Source: Promethearchaeota archaeon
GTDB taxonomy: Archaea > Asgardarchaeota > Lokiarchaeia > Sigyniarchaeales > SOKP01
NCBI GenBank assembly: GCA_048939995.1
Contig: JBHLOY010000002.1
Location: 352,001-416,000, forward strand
Reading direction: 5' to 3'
DNA length: 64,000 nt
Shown here in pieces: positions 13,901-20,900 of the stretch. The notes under the pieces were generated by a model. It was not told the origin of the DNA. It searched no databases and was given only the letters and a program-made list of their open reading frames with translations. The translations under genes and the position numbers were made by a program. How positions within the stretch are numbered: position 1 is the first letter of the stretch; each line of letters opens with the position of its first letter.

Positions 13901-13960
13901 CTGCAAGAATATCTTAGCTTGCTTGAAAACACGTATACAGACTTTAAATCAAAAAAGTAA
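4931..13960 (+). CDS. Giant single-pass surface protein: 4x (DUF2341 + LamG/ConA-like), beta-rich stalk, TM helix, cytoplasmic longin/uDENN-like domain
   Basis: Four repeats TIDHxKV...DGDDIAF...LDHEIE...WxRIP...YYGN...GVWHL...DEVRIS...RSxDWIATEYNNQ; TM FYFLLIIFSILAVVGSLVGY; about 440-aa cytoplasmic tail; true start may lie slightly downstream. Confidence 0.88.
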   Translation: MLCVLSDNFKRFILRIGLKLKLKVSKAGFILFLLSIQIISATVFLGNNTNLNEVEKINKDFKKKSIRASSTYPNDALHFKYYKNISINHDKVMGIGNHSNFPVLISILDNDLHSYTQPDGDDIAFSMGSIWLDHEIEMYNRDYSATQAKLIAWVRVPGLSTSNDTIIRMYFCNLTMTSRENPAGVWNNNYLGVWHLSESNGNAKDSTSYMEDGTVSGGVTQGTSGQIANSYYFDRDSMGTVNMGDPSDGHLDFRDGDDFSISFWINLDYFYYYNPFIVSKRAGIGSSSQGYSVQMYDDSHGIPFYGISSNGPEYEVDGTNDCLYQGWKYITATWDEDNSSGCKIYLDGLEETSNRIGTIGNIDDISNAENFKLNGPSSPNTEYMFDGKLDEVRVSDIVRSSDWIATEYNNQYDPASFYSIGLVKEVIPLKSEYFNFYKVMTIDHTKVAGTNDLVDYPLFLSLIDPDLKDQVQSDGDDIVFAMDGSWLDHEIELFDQNYDPNYGKLIAWIRIPILYHSIDTEIYMYYGNSTMRSHQNPLGVWNNNYKGVWHLSELSGNSMDSTGYGTEGVPTVGVTQGESSLSGYGYDFDGIDSNVDFGDPIDDHLDFGINSFTISMWLRIDSSTATWQVPLTKGHPSGASNDGYRFETSSDGQRIYFQIGDGNIFESSYSQNIIFGAWMHIVGRVDRTSNRIYLFKDGGHSGYKDISSIGNIITSSPLTFSRMNNALDGVLDEVRISDTSRSDGWIATEYNNQYNPDTFYSISDRNHVRRPKPEYFNFYKALTIDHNKVSGITNLIDFPLLISLEDPDLKDQVQSDGDDIAFWNGSAWLDHEIEFFDQNYNPSFGKLVVWVRIPILYYYKDTTIYMCYGNLTLCSQESSKGVWDRDYDFVLHMNQDPSSSDILDSTLNGFDFNVETGGVMTSGDLVDGKAGKAIAFDGNDDYIYLPESEGFSGSIDKMTFEFWLMLPNGVPSVRDTLARPATTDRSPNLYFLQEFSFQLDTITSSTVIKTTESFQTAIGRWIHFACVWDGTGGGLHQIYVNGSLNSEDSTPLTGTHVNWNTISVGTDDDPSDGPGGIADGARFLEVTLSEFRVSKVVRSADWIATEYNNQYDPDNFYSISTRIHVKRPKPEDFQSLKMIFIDHNKVSGSSDLINFPFLISIYDEDLHDDVQPDGDDIAFWNGTEWLDHEIELFDQTFNNTHAQLVTWIRIPKLYHDVDTIIYMYYGNSTLCSQENSGGVWNSNYAGVWHLLESNGYAVDSTIYGEHGFISGAVEQGSIGKINSAYNFDVNGSVNVGDPSDGHLDFNEVTDFTVSFWLNIDATTTVKQRPLYKGGSSLSDGGYSFETSTSGDLIKFYICDETNRVGSYSAPITYDQWTYITGVVDRTNGYIYIYKDHSVITGAVSISSVGGSLSNDVELQFPLAASDLDGLIDEIRISNVKRSADWIATEYYSQHDPNSFFSVGPEIEVGEVSVEVHVIDLYGNFIPNLNVTMGYNSIIYETIANNAGIATFENVSKLAYNFTVEMTSDIGAHTVIVNKTTDPILVDDPIEVVYLICNVSTNFIEVRDIDGISLNSGWVIVGNSSHNLQNCTIEETGYSRFWWLNSTPYNYNFTVYYRDANYNPSTVNVGSGYITTVNSTIFAATRLTTVNFSVNTEEFEPIGGAKLILNYTHTLENVINLTTDVDGKTTFRWLNTTSFYDYSLKIIFLGKRWNFDISSVTPGYVSEFDLSISSRITYNIVIKITQTEIEEYETAIVSLNPVTTISIEWGSILALRALFNVTKVPGSSSIPLGPTSADSIFYKIYLFGDTNTLKTGLMAIDTEYKGSYRCDIDIKGLECELYSIKISAYKSGYVIPQDLLITLNVLKNELFLNQSENNDSPQNIYWLDHVNMTVAPYGENSESFTLEDSLLQSNNQAFDVIIYDITNYWNLSSLTLNIQEISWTTSEPNIYIEIVDPYFNTWKYDPSNFSYYDYDKGVCYITLNLNKGSPTFDNIFRFNVTGSFNGSIDIAAESCFIRDNLEVQYSQFNIKDEIIIINEAEGWAIKNITFNISNFYNVSSGQLIDPATAIDCITTREGFKYALESSELGKGTLSINNITIYPLDNQFSFGVQSNIDIIFDVVINVKYIQYFYQNEYLESFNSSIFVQNFDNSLEYLQVSAIESDWTENLAEFIITDIYDGIKYVTPSEVAMNITIGGQSYSIMQNVEGEGIISIGSLEKGIIHSIIIQANKQVNFSFIYKIIYTRTNIYEIGCTVNFIIREAPDIFGPVEYYDDLNCYIKEIDTSLIDADNYTVRFTATKDYFFECLKDLKLNVISRRTLINGTLDYFREIESIYVGDVVNLEFEFTDAITGEKIINLTTHYFVWEQYSADGSVISSGNGILNTTIDNFYALDFDSETRPIGNYMLIATLDKENYDYKNVMIFLTIETRFLQYSLSSNIKNYKISIVQGNTVQISLNLTDPTRGGIPLLNATINLSINDIDYNFEEVSNGTYILNFRTDNVDSFFSPQIFTGIINITKKDYFSETFSVTIVVEMIEIFPGMPMFYFLLIIFSILAVVGSLVGYRVYKHAKIPTFVKKVREMQKEIKREKSISEALLYQPKEEFIGELVRDKWSAIGLSLGDILGIEITKSKKLPRKLSSRAGEVHDLKPLGLILTKWDERVGMELLAKYPQDIHVSDKTFMQIYGTHEYSGEKGIITLISGGQNVLSYYTGPETAYYITLILDTNDDSDIYEAAMPNIARIILENLEDQIYLQMIPSFFQRLSVYPSLTDEQNLIFHYQDDIKRMIINFLRDYGVISKSELMIWMKDRKLEGITDLEAILAELIKSELIKVASVKGIPSELIFFTKDIFMLRVPPDKLFENPVNYGLPKQFAKSYQTEVNKFFNEYHPTEEDELKLLDNLIDPEVYEAIRLLRTAIITMKDFEKLKKKGINDIYAVLKKLWDTNMIKVFNDKDGTEYYALLTDFYIGQIFPKYILNIIKLSYEQKSKTNKVLQEYLSLLENTYTDFKSKK
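5165..9320 (+). repeat. Four about 1.05-kb intragenic repeats encoding DUF2341-LamG modules
   Basis: Recurrent DNA such as gatggagatga(c/t)at and tggat(t/a)gctactgaatataacaatcaatatgatcc near 6140, 7165, 8235, 9265. Confidence 0.85.
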
Positions 13961-14277
13961 ATAATATATTTTTTTAAAAATTTCATATTTTTATTTTAAT
14001 TTTTATTGGTTATCCACCAATTTATCATTTTTGCTCAATCTGTACACCTATAATAAATTGCCCCCTTTGGAGTCTAAGGAACATTTTTGCCAGAATCTAA
14101 TATTTCTATATCTTTTAGCATTGTTTTTCATCCCCATTCACGGAATTTTTCAGATTTTTTTCTTTAAAATTACTTTTTTTTCCTTGATTTTTGTTATTTA
14201 TAAATTAAAGAAAGAGGTTAGATTGGATTAGACAAATAAGCAATTAAAAAAAGAAAAAAAATCAAATTTTAAATATC

Positions 14278-14946
14278 CTATAGAATTTGCTTTAATTTTA
14301 ACCAATCGGATTCTTCTAATGAGTCTTGAGCAATTTTCAAAATACCTTCAAAAGCAGTTTCTGGTATGTTTTTTTTCATTCCCATTAATAAACCTGTTCG
14401 TTCCATAGGATTTATTGCTCTGAAATAATAAGGTAATAAATATTGCATTAATTCTGGAGGCTGCTTAGATACTATCTTATTTATAATATCCATGAGTTCA
14501 CTATCATTTAATGCTTTCCAAAGGATCGGATTTGCCTCTAGTTCTTCATCTTGTAGGTGTGAAAAGTATTGTGAAAGAAACGTATTATATTGTTTTATAA
14601 ATGAAGATACCTGACCTGGGCGTTTTTCTATCTCTATATCCTCTCCCGTGATTCTCCTAAAATCATTTCTGAAAATACCTATTTGTTCTTCAAATTTTTC
14701 GTGGGCTTGTTTTAATTTGATAAAAATTGATTCAGCTTCCCTTTTCAAATGAGGAAATATAAATTCCTCCTCTCCCTGAGCATGAGCTTCAAGTAAATTC
14801 CATAGATTTTCTAATCTTTCTGCCAGTAAAGCTAATTCAGATAAATTATTTGGGTCTACCTTACCGAGTTCATACATAATTTCAGTCATTATTAATCTTA
14901 TTGCTTTATGAATAGGACCATATACATCAATTCTTGGTTGACTCAT
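14278..14946 (-). CDS. Hemerythrin (HHE) domain protein
   Basis: HKAIR, HAQGEE, AHE, HLQDEE metal-ligand pattern. Confidence 0.85.
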   Translation of the reverse strand: MSQPRIDVYGPIHKAIRLIMTEIMYELGKVDPNNLSELALLAERLENLWNLLEAHAQGEEEFIFPHLKREAESIFIKLKQAHEKFEEQIGIFRNDFRRITGEDIEIEKRPGQVSSFIKQYNTFLSQYFSHLQDEELEANPILWKALNDSELMDIINKIVSKQPPELMQYLLPYYFRAINPMERTGLLMGMKKNIPETAFEGILKIAQDSLEESDWLKLKQIL

Positions 14947-15044
14947 ATTCCTACCACCTTAATGTCTAATTTTATACTTAACCTTATTTGTAATTAGCTT
15001 AAAAAGCTGATCTTTATATTTCTTAAATTTATGGTAAAAAAAAG

Positions 15045-16535
15045 TTATAAAACTGTTTGCTCCAATTCAAATCTTTTTTTGATCATTATCCTCTTGCGAT
15101 TATGAAAATCTTTCATGTAAAATTTCCATGGTAATATCCAAAAAAGTGAACCAAATAACCATATTAATAATACTAATAGAATAGAATATGATAAGAACAT
15201 GATATTTTGGTATACAATTACTGAAACAAGCAAGTTTCCGCATATACCACCAATATTTAGCATTAGACCATTTAAAGCATTCACAGTACTCCGTACTTCA
15301 GGAGTGCACAATTCGGCATATATTGCATATTGTGTTCCGCTATTAAAAGATATGAAGAAATATCCTAAAATTCCCAATGGTAACAAAAGAATCCAATAGC
15401 TAATATGCACTAAATAAAATCCTAATAGTGATATTGATCCAGTTAATATTGATATTACGCAAATCAGAAATTGTTTGTCTCTTTTATTATTCTCAAAGAA
15501 ATAATCGCTAATCTTCCCTCCTATAACTGCTCCTGGAAGAGCTGCGGTACCTACTATCAAATAAGCTATAGCTGCAAATGCGGAGTTACCAAATTTTAGT
15601 GTTAAAAAATAAATTCCCCAATTAGCTAAAGTAGAAGTGAGAATCCCCCCACATAAAACCGAAAGTAAAATTCCTATAATAGATTTAGTATTTACTAGTT
15701 GAATTAAATGGTCTTTAGTAGTTCTATAGTTATAATTTATAATACCCGGGAAATCTACAAATTCAGAATCCATTCTACCACGTTCTGGTTGTATTGCTAT
15801 CAACGAATAGGCGGATAGAATCAACATATTTAGCAAAACTGCAAATAAATACGCAATCCGCCACCCGTTTTGTTTGAAGATATTGGTAAATGTTATTCCT
15901 ATTATGATTCCCAGTCCATTTCCTAAGATTAATCCAAATTGCATAATTCCAAATTTTTTTCCACGATCTTTCGCATTAAAAAATTCACCCACCATTGAAA
16001 ATCCTAATGGAATAAATGCACCAGTTCCAATAGCACTTATGATGAGCATACTAAGAAAAAGTACATAATTAGGAGAAAGAGACAAAAATCCATATCCAAA
16101 TATCCATATAGAGTTAGTTAAAATGAAAAGTCGCTTCACAGAAGTTTTTTCAGACATCCTATCTCCAAAATAACCAAAAATCATTACACTAAAAGAGTTA
16201 ACGATTAAATTGATAGCAATTGCTAAGCTAATTTGAAATTCAGAAATACTCGAAACAGTATTAATAATATTACTTATGTTTGGTGGGATAATCCCAATAC
16301 AGAAATACATCATAAAATAAAGGGAAAAAATAAGTCGGAATGTATGCTTCGTCAAAGATTTTTCTCTAAATAAATAATTTCGCTTGAATTTTGTACATTT
16401 ATTTGAAATAGGACCTCTGGGAAGATACCATTTGATACAAAAATCGTTTTTGAAAAACTTACAAAAAAGGCATGCACTATATTTGATTGTAATTAGACTC
16501 CAACTCTGTTTCATTCCTTTCATAGACTGACTCAA
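15045..16535 (-). CDS. MFS transporter with Cys-rich N-terminal extension
   Basis: About 12 TM; GYFGDRM and GKISDYF motif-A-like loops; start uncertain. Confidence 0.85.
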   Translation of the reverse strand: MSQSMKGMKQSWSLITIKYSACLFCKFFKNDFCIKWYLPRGPISNKCTKFKRNYLFREKSLTKHTFRLIFSLYFMMYFCIGIIPPNISNIINTVSSISEFQISLAIAINLIVNSFSVMIFGYFGDRMSEKTSVKRLFILTNSIWIFGYGFLSLSPNYVLFLSMLIISAIGTGAFIPLGFSMVGEFFNAKDRGKKFGIMQFGLILGNGLGIIIGITFTNIFKQNGWRIAYLFAVLLNMLILSAYSLIAIQPERGRMDSEFVDFPGIINYNYRTTKDHLIQLVNTKSIIGILLSVLCGGILTSTLANWGIYFLTLKFGNSAFAAIAYLIVGTAALPGAVIGGKISDYFFENNKRDKQFLICVISILTGSISLLGFYLVHISYWILLLPLGILGYFFISFNSGTQYAIYAELCTPEVRSTVNALNGLMLNIGGICGNLLVSVIVYQNIMFLSYSILLVLLIWLFGSLFWILPWKFYMKDFHNRKRIMIKKRFELEQTVL

Positions 16536-16825
16536 TAAATTATTAGGTAATTATGTTTAAGTCTAAGATGCGCCATCTATATATAAAAGAAAAATTAAAT
16601 TTTGTTTCTCAATTTCTCCATTTCTTTATTTTTACTTGTGAAAAGATTTTTAAGACAATTTTGTCTAATATAATTTAAATTTATTAAGTAAATGGAATCT
16701 AGAAAACCACTCCTGCTATTGAAGTAGCTAAGGTACTGCCAGATGTGTTAAAATTGAAAAAACAAATAAAAGGTTAATATTAAAGAGACTTATTTTTTTT
16801 TTCTTTAGATATAATTTTATAAATT

Positions 16826-17374
16826 TTATTTAATTTGGACGAATAAGGAACTTTCCAATATGTAATTAGCTGTCGAAAAACCATATATGACCACAGTTAC
16901 ATTGTGAGTTCCAAGCATTAAATTGTACCTTACATCCTGTAAATAGATCATTTCATGTATCGTAAAAGCTCCATTATACATTCCAACTTGCGCATTAGGA
17001 CTAGTTGCCATAAATCCGTCTACACTAAAAAAGACGCTAATATAAGACCAGGCAGTCAGAACAGCCTCAATATGAGCTCGGCATGTAAAACTAAAATATA
17101 CTGATTCGCCAGTTCCTACTTCAAATTCAATTATTAAACCTTCAAACGTAAGATATGAATATACAGGATTTGTATTGAAATTGGTGCCATTGAATCGATA
17201 CCATGAATTCCTTTCTAACAAGTTGGTTACTTGTGTCTCTATTCGTGACACCGATATAAATGTAAAAGCTCCTAAAGTTAAACCACTAATAGCCAAGATT
17301 ATTGCCAAAATTGGCACGGCTGGTCTACCATTACCCATAATTAATATCCTCCTTAATTTTTTAATTAAACACAA
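16826..17374 (-). CDS. Membrane-anchored hypothetical protein
   Basis: N-terminal TM then beta-rich domain; likely start MGNGRP near 17338 after GGAGG-like SD. Confidence 0.7.
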   Translation of the reverse strand: MCLIKKLRRILIMGNGRPAVPILAIILAISGLTLGAFTFISVSRIETQVTNLLERNSWYRFNGTNFNTNPVYSYLTFEGLIIEFEVGTGESVYFSFTCRAHIEAVLTAWSYISVFFSVDGFMATSPNAQVGMYNGAFTIHEMIYLQDVRYNLMLGTHNVTVVIYGFSTANYILESSLFVQIK

Positions 17375-17564
17375 TTGTAAAAATTCTATTAATTCTATCT
17401 TTATGCTTTAATAATATTTAAATTAAACTAGAAAGTAGGTAGATTTTTAATCTAGATTCCCTACAATAATCCCCTTTTTCTGTAATAAAATTTTAATACC
17501 AAAGATCCATTTGAATGTCATTAATGTGTTTTCAAACAATTGAAAGTAAAAAATTGAGTTAAAA

Positions 17565-18365
17565 ATGAATGAAGTTAAAAAATTCGAAACTCGTAATATA
17601 TTACTTTTTCTTTTAATTACATTTACTTGGACTTGGTTATTCTGGTTGCCCTCTGTGTTATCTCCAACGGGAAATTCCAATCAAATGATTTTTGCATTAT
17701 TTATAATTGGTGGTTATGGTCCATTTGTAGGCGCATTCTTAATAACGTTTATTAATGAAAGAAAGAGTGGTGTGAAGGTTTTATGGAAAAGATTTTGGAA
17801 CCCAAAAATAAAGATAAAATGGCTATTAATAACGTTCTTGCTTATCCCTTCACTATACATCCTATCATCTGTGATAGCTATTTTGTTTCAAGGAGATCCG
17901 CCCATTTTAGAGTGGATATCTCAACCTTGGGTGATTATCAGTTATATTATCACTGCATTTTTTGCTGGAGGCTTCCCCGAGGAGTTTGGTTGGAGAGGTT
18001 ACTTACTCGATCGTTTTCAAGTAAGAGGGAACATGATTATTTCTAGCCTAATTATAGGAATAATTTGGGGCTTCTGGCATTTACCAGTTTGGCTTATGCC
18101 TGATGATTCTCACAGTTTGGGAATATTAAATTTTTTCCTCTTTCTAATAGACGTCATATTTGCATCAATATTGTTCACATGGTTATACAATAATACAAAT
18201 AAAAGCATCTTAATTGCTGTGATTCTACATACTATGTTAAATTTCACAAGTTTTTTAATCTTTTTATCAAGTTTGGGAGAGGAAATCTATCGAATTTTAT
18301 TATATATAACTGGAATACTCGTGATCGTATTTTCTAGGGAAAAAGAAAAGAGCCATTTAAAATAA
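17565..18365 (+). CDS. CPBP/Abi (CAAX protease-like) intramembrane metalloprotease
   Basis: EEFGWRGY, WGFWHLP, LHTMLN motifs. Confidence 0.93.
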   Translation: MNEVKKFETRNILLFLLITFTWTWLFWLPSVLSPTGNSNQMIFALFIIGGYGPFVGAFLITFINERKSGVKVLWKRFWNPKIKIKWLLITFLLIPSLYILSSVIAILFQGDPPILEWISQPWVIISYIITAFFAGGFPEEFGWRGYLLDRFQVRGNMIISSLIIGIIWGFWHLPVWLMPDDSHSLGILNFFLFLIDVIFASILFTWLYNNTNKSILIAVILHTMLNFTSFLIFLSSLGEEIYRILLYITGILVIVFSREKEKSHLK

Positions 18366-18586
18366 TCAATTAAAGCCTTATGGATATAAATGAGCAGACC
18401 ATTAAGATCGTTCTGGAGTATATCCTTTTGCTCTTCTGGAGTAAGATAGCTAAATAAGCGTTCCTCGAAAATATCTTGGATTTGGATAAAGAAGAAATGA
18501 AAATCTTTGTAATATGGTAATTTTGATGAAGTAATTGGTATAAATTTTAAATATTTCCCCGTCTTAATTGCATCTTTGAACTCCAA
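18287..18586 (-). pseudogene. Probable gene fragment
   Basis: Overlaps CPBP gene end; its 5' part coincides with a promoter-like repeat on the other strand. Confidence 0.3.
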
Positions 18587-18589
18587 TAT
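18533..18589 (+). promoter_or_regulatory. 57-bp promoter-like element, copy 1 (upstream of proS)
   Basis: 50/57 identical to 23763..23819; contains TATA-like ttaaatat. Confidence 0.55.
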
Positions 18590-18669
18590 AAAATAGAATT
18601 CTAATTTAAATTAATTATCACTTTCAGTTTAAAGTCGAAATTAAAAAAAATATGAGGAAATGAAACTAT

Positions 18670-20217
18670 ATGGGGAAGAAGGCAAAGGAATCACTAGTTA
18701 ATTCCATGAAAAAACTACCTGATCGTGAATCAAATTTTACGGACTGGTTAAATGCTGTATTATTAAGATCGGACGTGCTGGACTATAGATATAACCTTAA
18801 AGGTTGTGGAGTCTGGCGTGGTTATGGGTTCAAATTAAGGAAATTGGTCATGCAAATCATACGCGATTTATTGGATACCACACTTATTCCCCATGAAGAA
18901 TATTTATTCCCATTGCTGGTACCCGAACCCCAATTTATGAAGGAAGCTCAATATGTTAAAGGATTCGAGGATGAAGTATACTGGGTCACACACGGAGGAT
19001 TAACACCTCTCGCCGTGAAACTGGCAGTTAGACCTACCAGTGAAACTGCAATTTACCCAATGTTCTCTCTTTGGGTACGTTCTCACCAAGATTTGCCCCT
19101 GAAAACCTACCAAATTGTAAATATTTTCCGGTTTGAGGGTAAAAATACCCGTCCACTCATTAGAGTTAGGGAAGTAACCACATTTAAAGAAGCACATACA
19201 GTTCATTCAAGCGCGAAGGAATGTGAAAACCAGATCAGAGAAGCAATCGCTGTTTACAGCGAATTTTTTGATACCCTAGGATTATCATATATAATTAATA
19301 GGAGACCTGAGTGGGATAAATTTCCTGGTGCTGATTATACAATAGCATATGATGTAATATTTCCAGGTCGCCATCTTGCTTTACAAATTGGAACAGTGCA
19401 TAATTTGGGTCAAACGTTTTCTAAAACGTTTGATATTAAATTTGAAAATAACAATGGGAAAATTGAATATGCCTATCAAACATGTTATGGAATTAGTGAA
19501 CGTATTATAGCTTCGGTGATCGGGCTTCATGGTGATGACAATGGAATGATATTGCCTGCGCACATCGCCCCCATCCAAATTGTAATTGTACCCATAATTT
19601 TCAAGGAATCCGAAGAAGAATTACTCAAAGAAAGCAAAAAATTGGAAATTTTTCTCAAAAAAGAAGATTTTAGAGTGTTACTTGATGATAGAAATTTAAA
19701 TCCAGGTTCAAAATACTATTATTGGGAGTTGAAAGGAGTTCCTATACGAATTGAAATTGGTCCAAAAGATATTGCGAATAAACAAGTCGTTTTAGTCAGA
19801 AGGGATACGAATAAAAAAATCAAGATAGCAAATACAGAAATTGAGTTGATTAAGAAAATAAGGGACACTTTCAGTGAAATAAAGAATAATCAAACACAGA
19901 AAATCTCCAACCACACAAAAAAACTTCTCTTCAGAACTAAAGACTTGAACGAAGGTTTGAGATATGTAGAAAAAGATAAAGGAATAGTTGAGATTCCATT
20001 TTGTGGTTCGGAGGAATGTGCTTCAGAGATTGAAAAAAAGGTTGAAAAATTGAAATTCTTAGGAATCCCAGCCAGATATTTGGATTTTCTGGATTTTTCG
20101 GACGGAAAACTTGGGAAAAATATAATGAATGCGGAGATGCCCGAAAAAGAAGAGATATTTTGTGTGATATGTTCACGGAGGACAAATGAGTACTGGACAA
20201 TCGGAAGAAGTTATTGA
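18670..20217 (+). CDS. proS: Proline--tRNA ligase (archaeal/eukaryotic type)
   Basis: RPTSETAIY, FRFE..TRPLIRVRE, QIGTVHNLG, CYGISER, WELKGVPIRIEIGPKD, C-terminal Zn motif. Confidence 0.97.
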   Translation: MGKKAKESLVNSMKKLPDRESNFTDWLNAVLLRSDVLDYRYNLKGCGVWRGYGFKLRKLVMQIIRDLLDTTLIPHEEYLFPLLVPEPQFMKEAQYVKGFEDEVYWVTHGGLTPLAVKLAVRPTSETAIYPMFSLWVRSHQDLPLKTYQIVNIFRFEGKNTRPLIRVREVTTFKEAHTVHSSAKECENQIREAIAVYSEFFDTLGLSYIINRRPEWDKFPGADYTIAYDVIFPGRHLALQIGTVHNLGQTFSKTFDIKFENNNGKIEYAYQTCYGISERIIASVIGLHGDDNGMILPAHIAPIQIVIVPIIFKESEEELLKESKKLEIFLKKEDFRVLLDDRNLNPGSKYYYWELKGVPIRIEIGPKDIANKQVVLVRRDTNKKIKIANTEIELIKKIRDTFSEIKNNQTQKISNHTKKLLFRTKDLNEGLRYVEKDKGIVEIPFCGSEECASEIEKKVEKLKFLGIPARYLDFLDFSDGKLGKNIMNAEMPEKEEIFCVICSRRTNEYWTIGRSY

Positions 20218-20280
20218 TTAAGCTTTGGCTTCTTGGGATATTGTTGTTAAATATTCTTTATTCAAATCGTTTTCTCATTT

Positions 20281-20556
20281 TCATTTATCAGTTGTAATGT
20301 TTTTCCGTCTTAAAATCTTTTTTATTCCATAACGAATAAGTCCTATACTGATGCCAATAAGGATTATCAATAATGATACTAAGAGAATATTTATTAATCC
20401 CGAAAATATGGTATATCCCAATAAAGGATTATATATTGATATTAATATTAATCCTAATATTGATGTTAATCCTATTATTATGCCGCCTATGATTGCTATT
20501 ACATAGAGAACATATTTTGGTTTTTTTACCTTGTCATTTTGAATCAATTGTTTCAT
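20281..20556 (-). CDS. Small two-TM membrane protein
   Basis: Two hydrophobic helices with basic termini. Confidence 0.6.
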   Translation of the reverse strand: MKQLIQNDKVKKPKYVLYVIAIIGGIIIGLTSILGLILISIYNPLLGYTIFSGLINILLVSLLIILIGISIGLIRYGIKKILRRKNITTDK

Positions 20557-20600
20557 CCTCTAAATTTTTCATTTCCATCTCTTTAATTCTTCGTTTGCTT

Positions 20601-20840
20601 TTAGGTGGTCCTAAAATTCCACCAAGCAATACTAAGAACGGACCTCTCCTTTTCTATAAAGTTTATTAGATTTATATAAAATTGTAATAAAGCTTGGTAG
20701 ACAGGCTCTATCAGTTGTTCCGAAATATTATGATTGGTATCTAAAAGCTCACCTCGATCACTCTCCTCGATTAGTTGATGTAATGAATCTAAAATATAAG
20801 GGGTTCCTCTTATCTCTGTAAGCAGTCCCATAAATCTCAT
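20601..20840 (-). CDS. Hypothetical protein or fragment
   Basis: 79-aa ORF, no recognised motif. Confidence 0.35.
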   Translation of the reverse strand: MRFMGLLTEIRGTPYILDSLHQLIEESDRGELLDTNHNISEQLIEPVYQALLQFYINLINFIEKERSVLSIAWWNFRTT

Positions 20841-20900
20841 CTCTACTTGGACGTATAGAAGCTGGAAGATATATAAATAATCGGCCTATGAAATAGAAAT

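Noticed and set aside
20060-20140. Possible in-frame intron in the proS C-terminal insertion
   Set aside because: Only a weak ccaga/tctgg stem; no 4-bp helix with 3-nt bulges.
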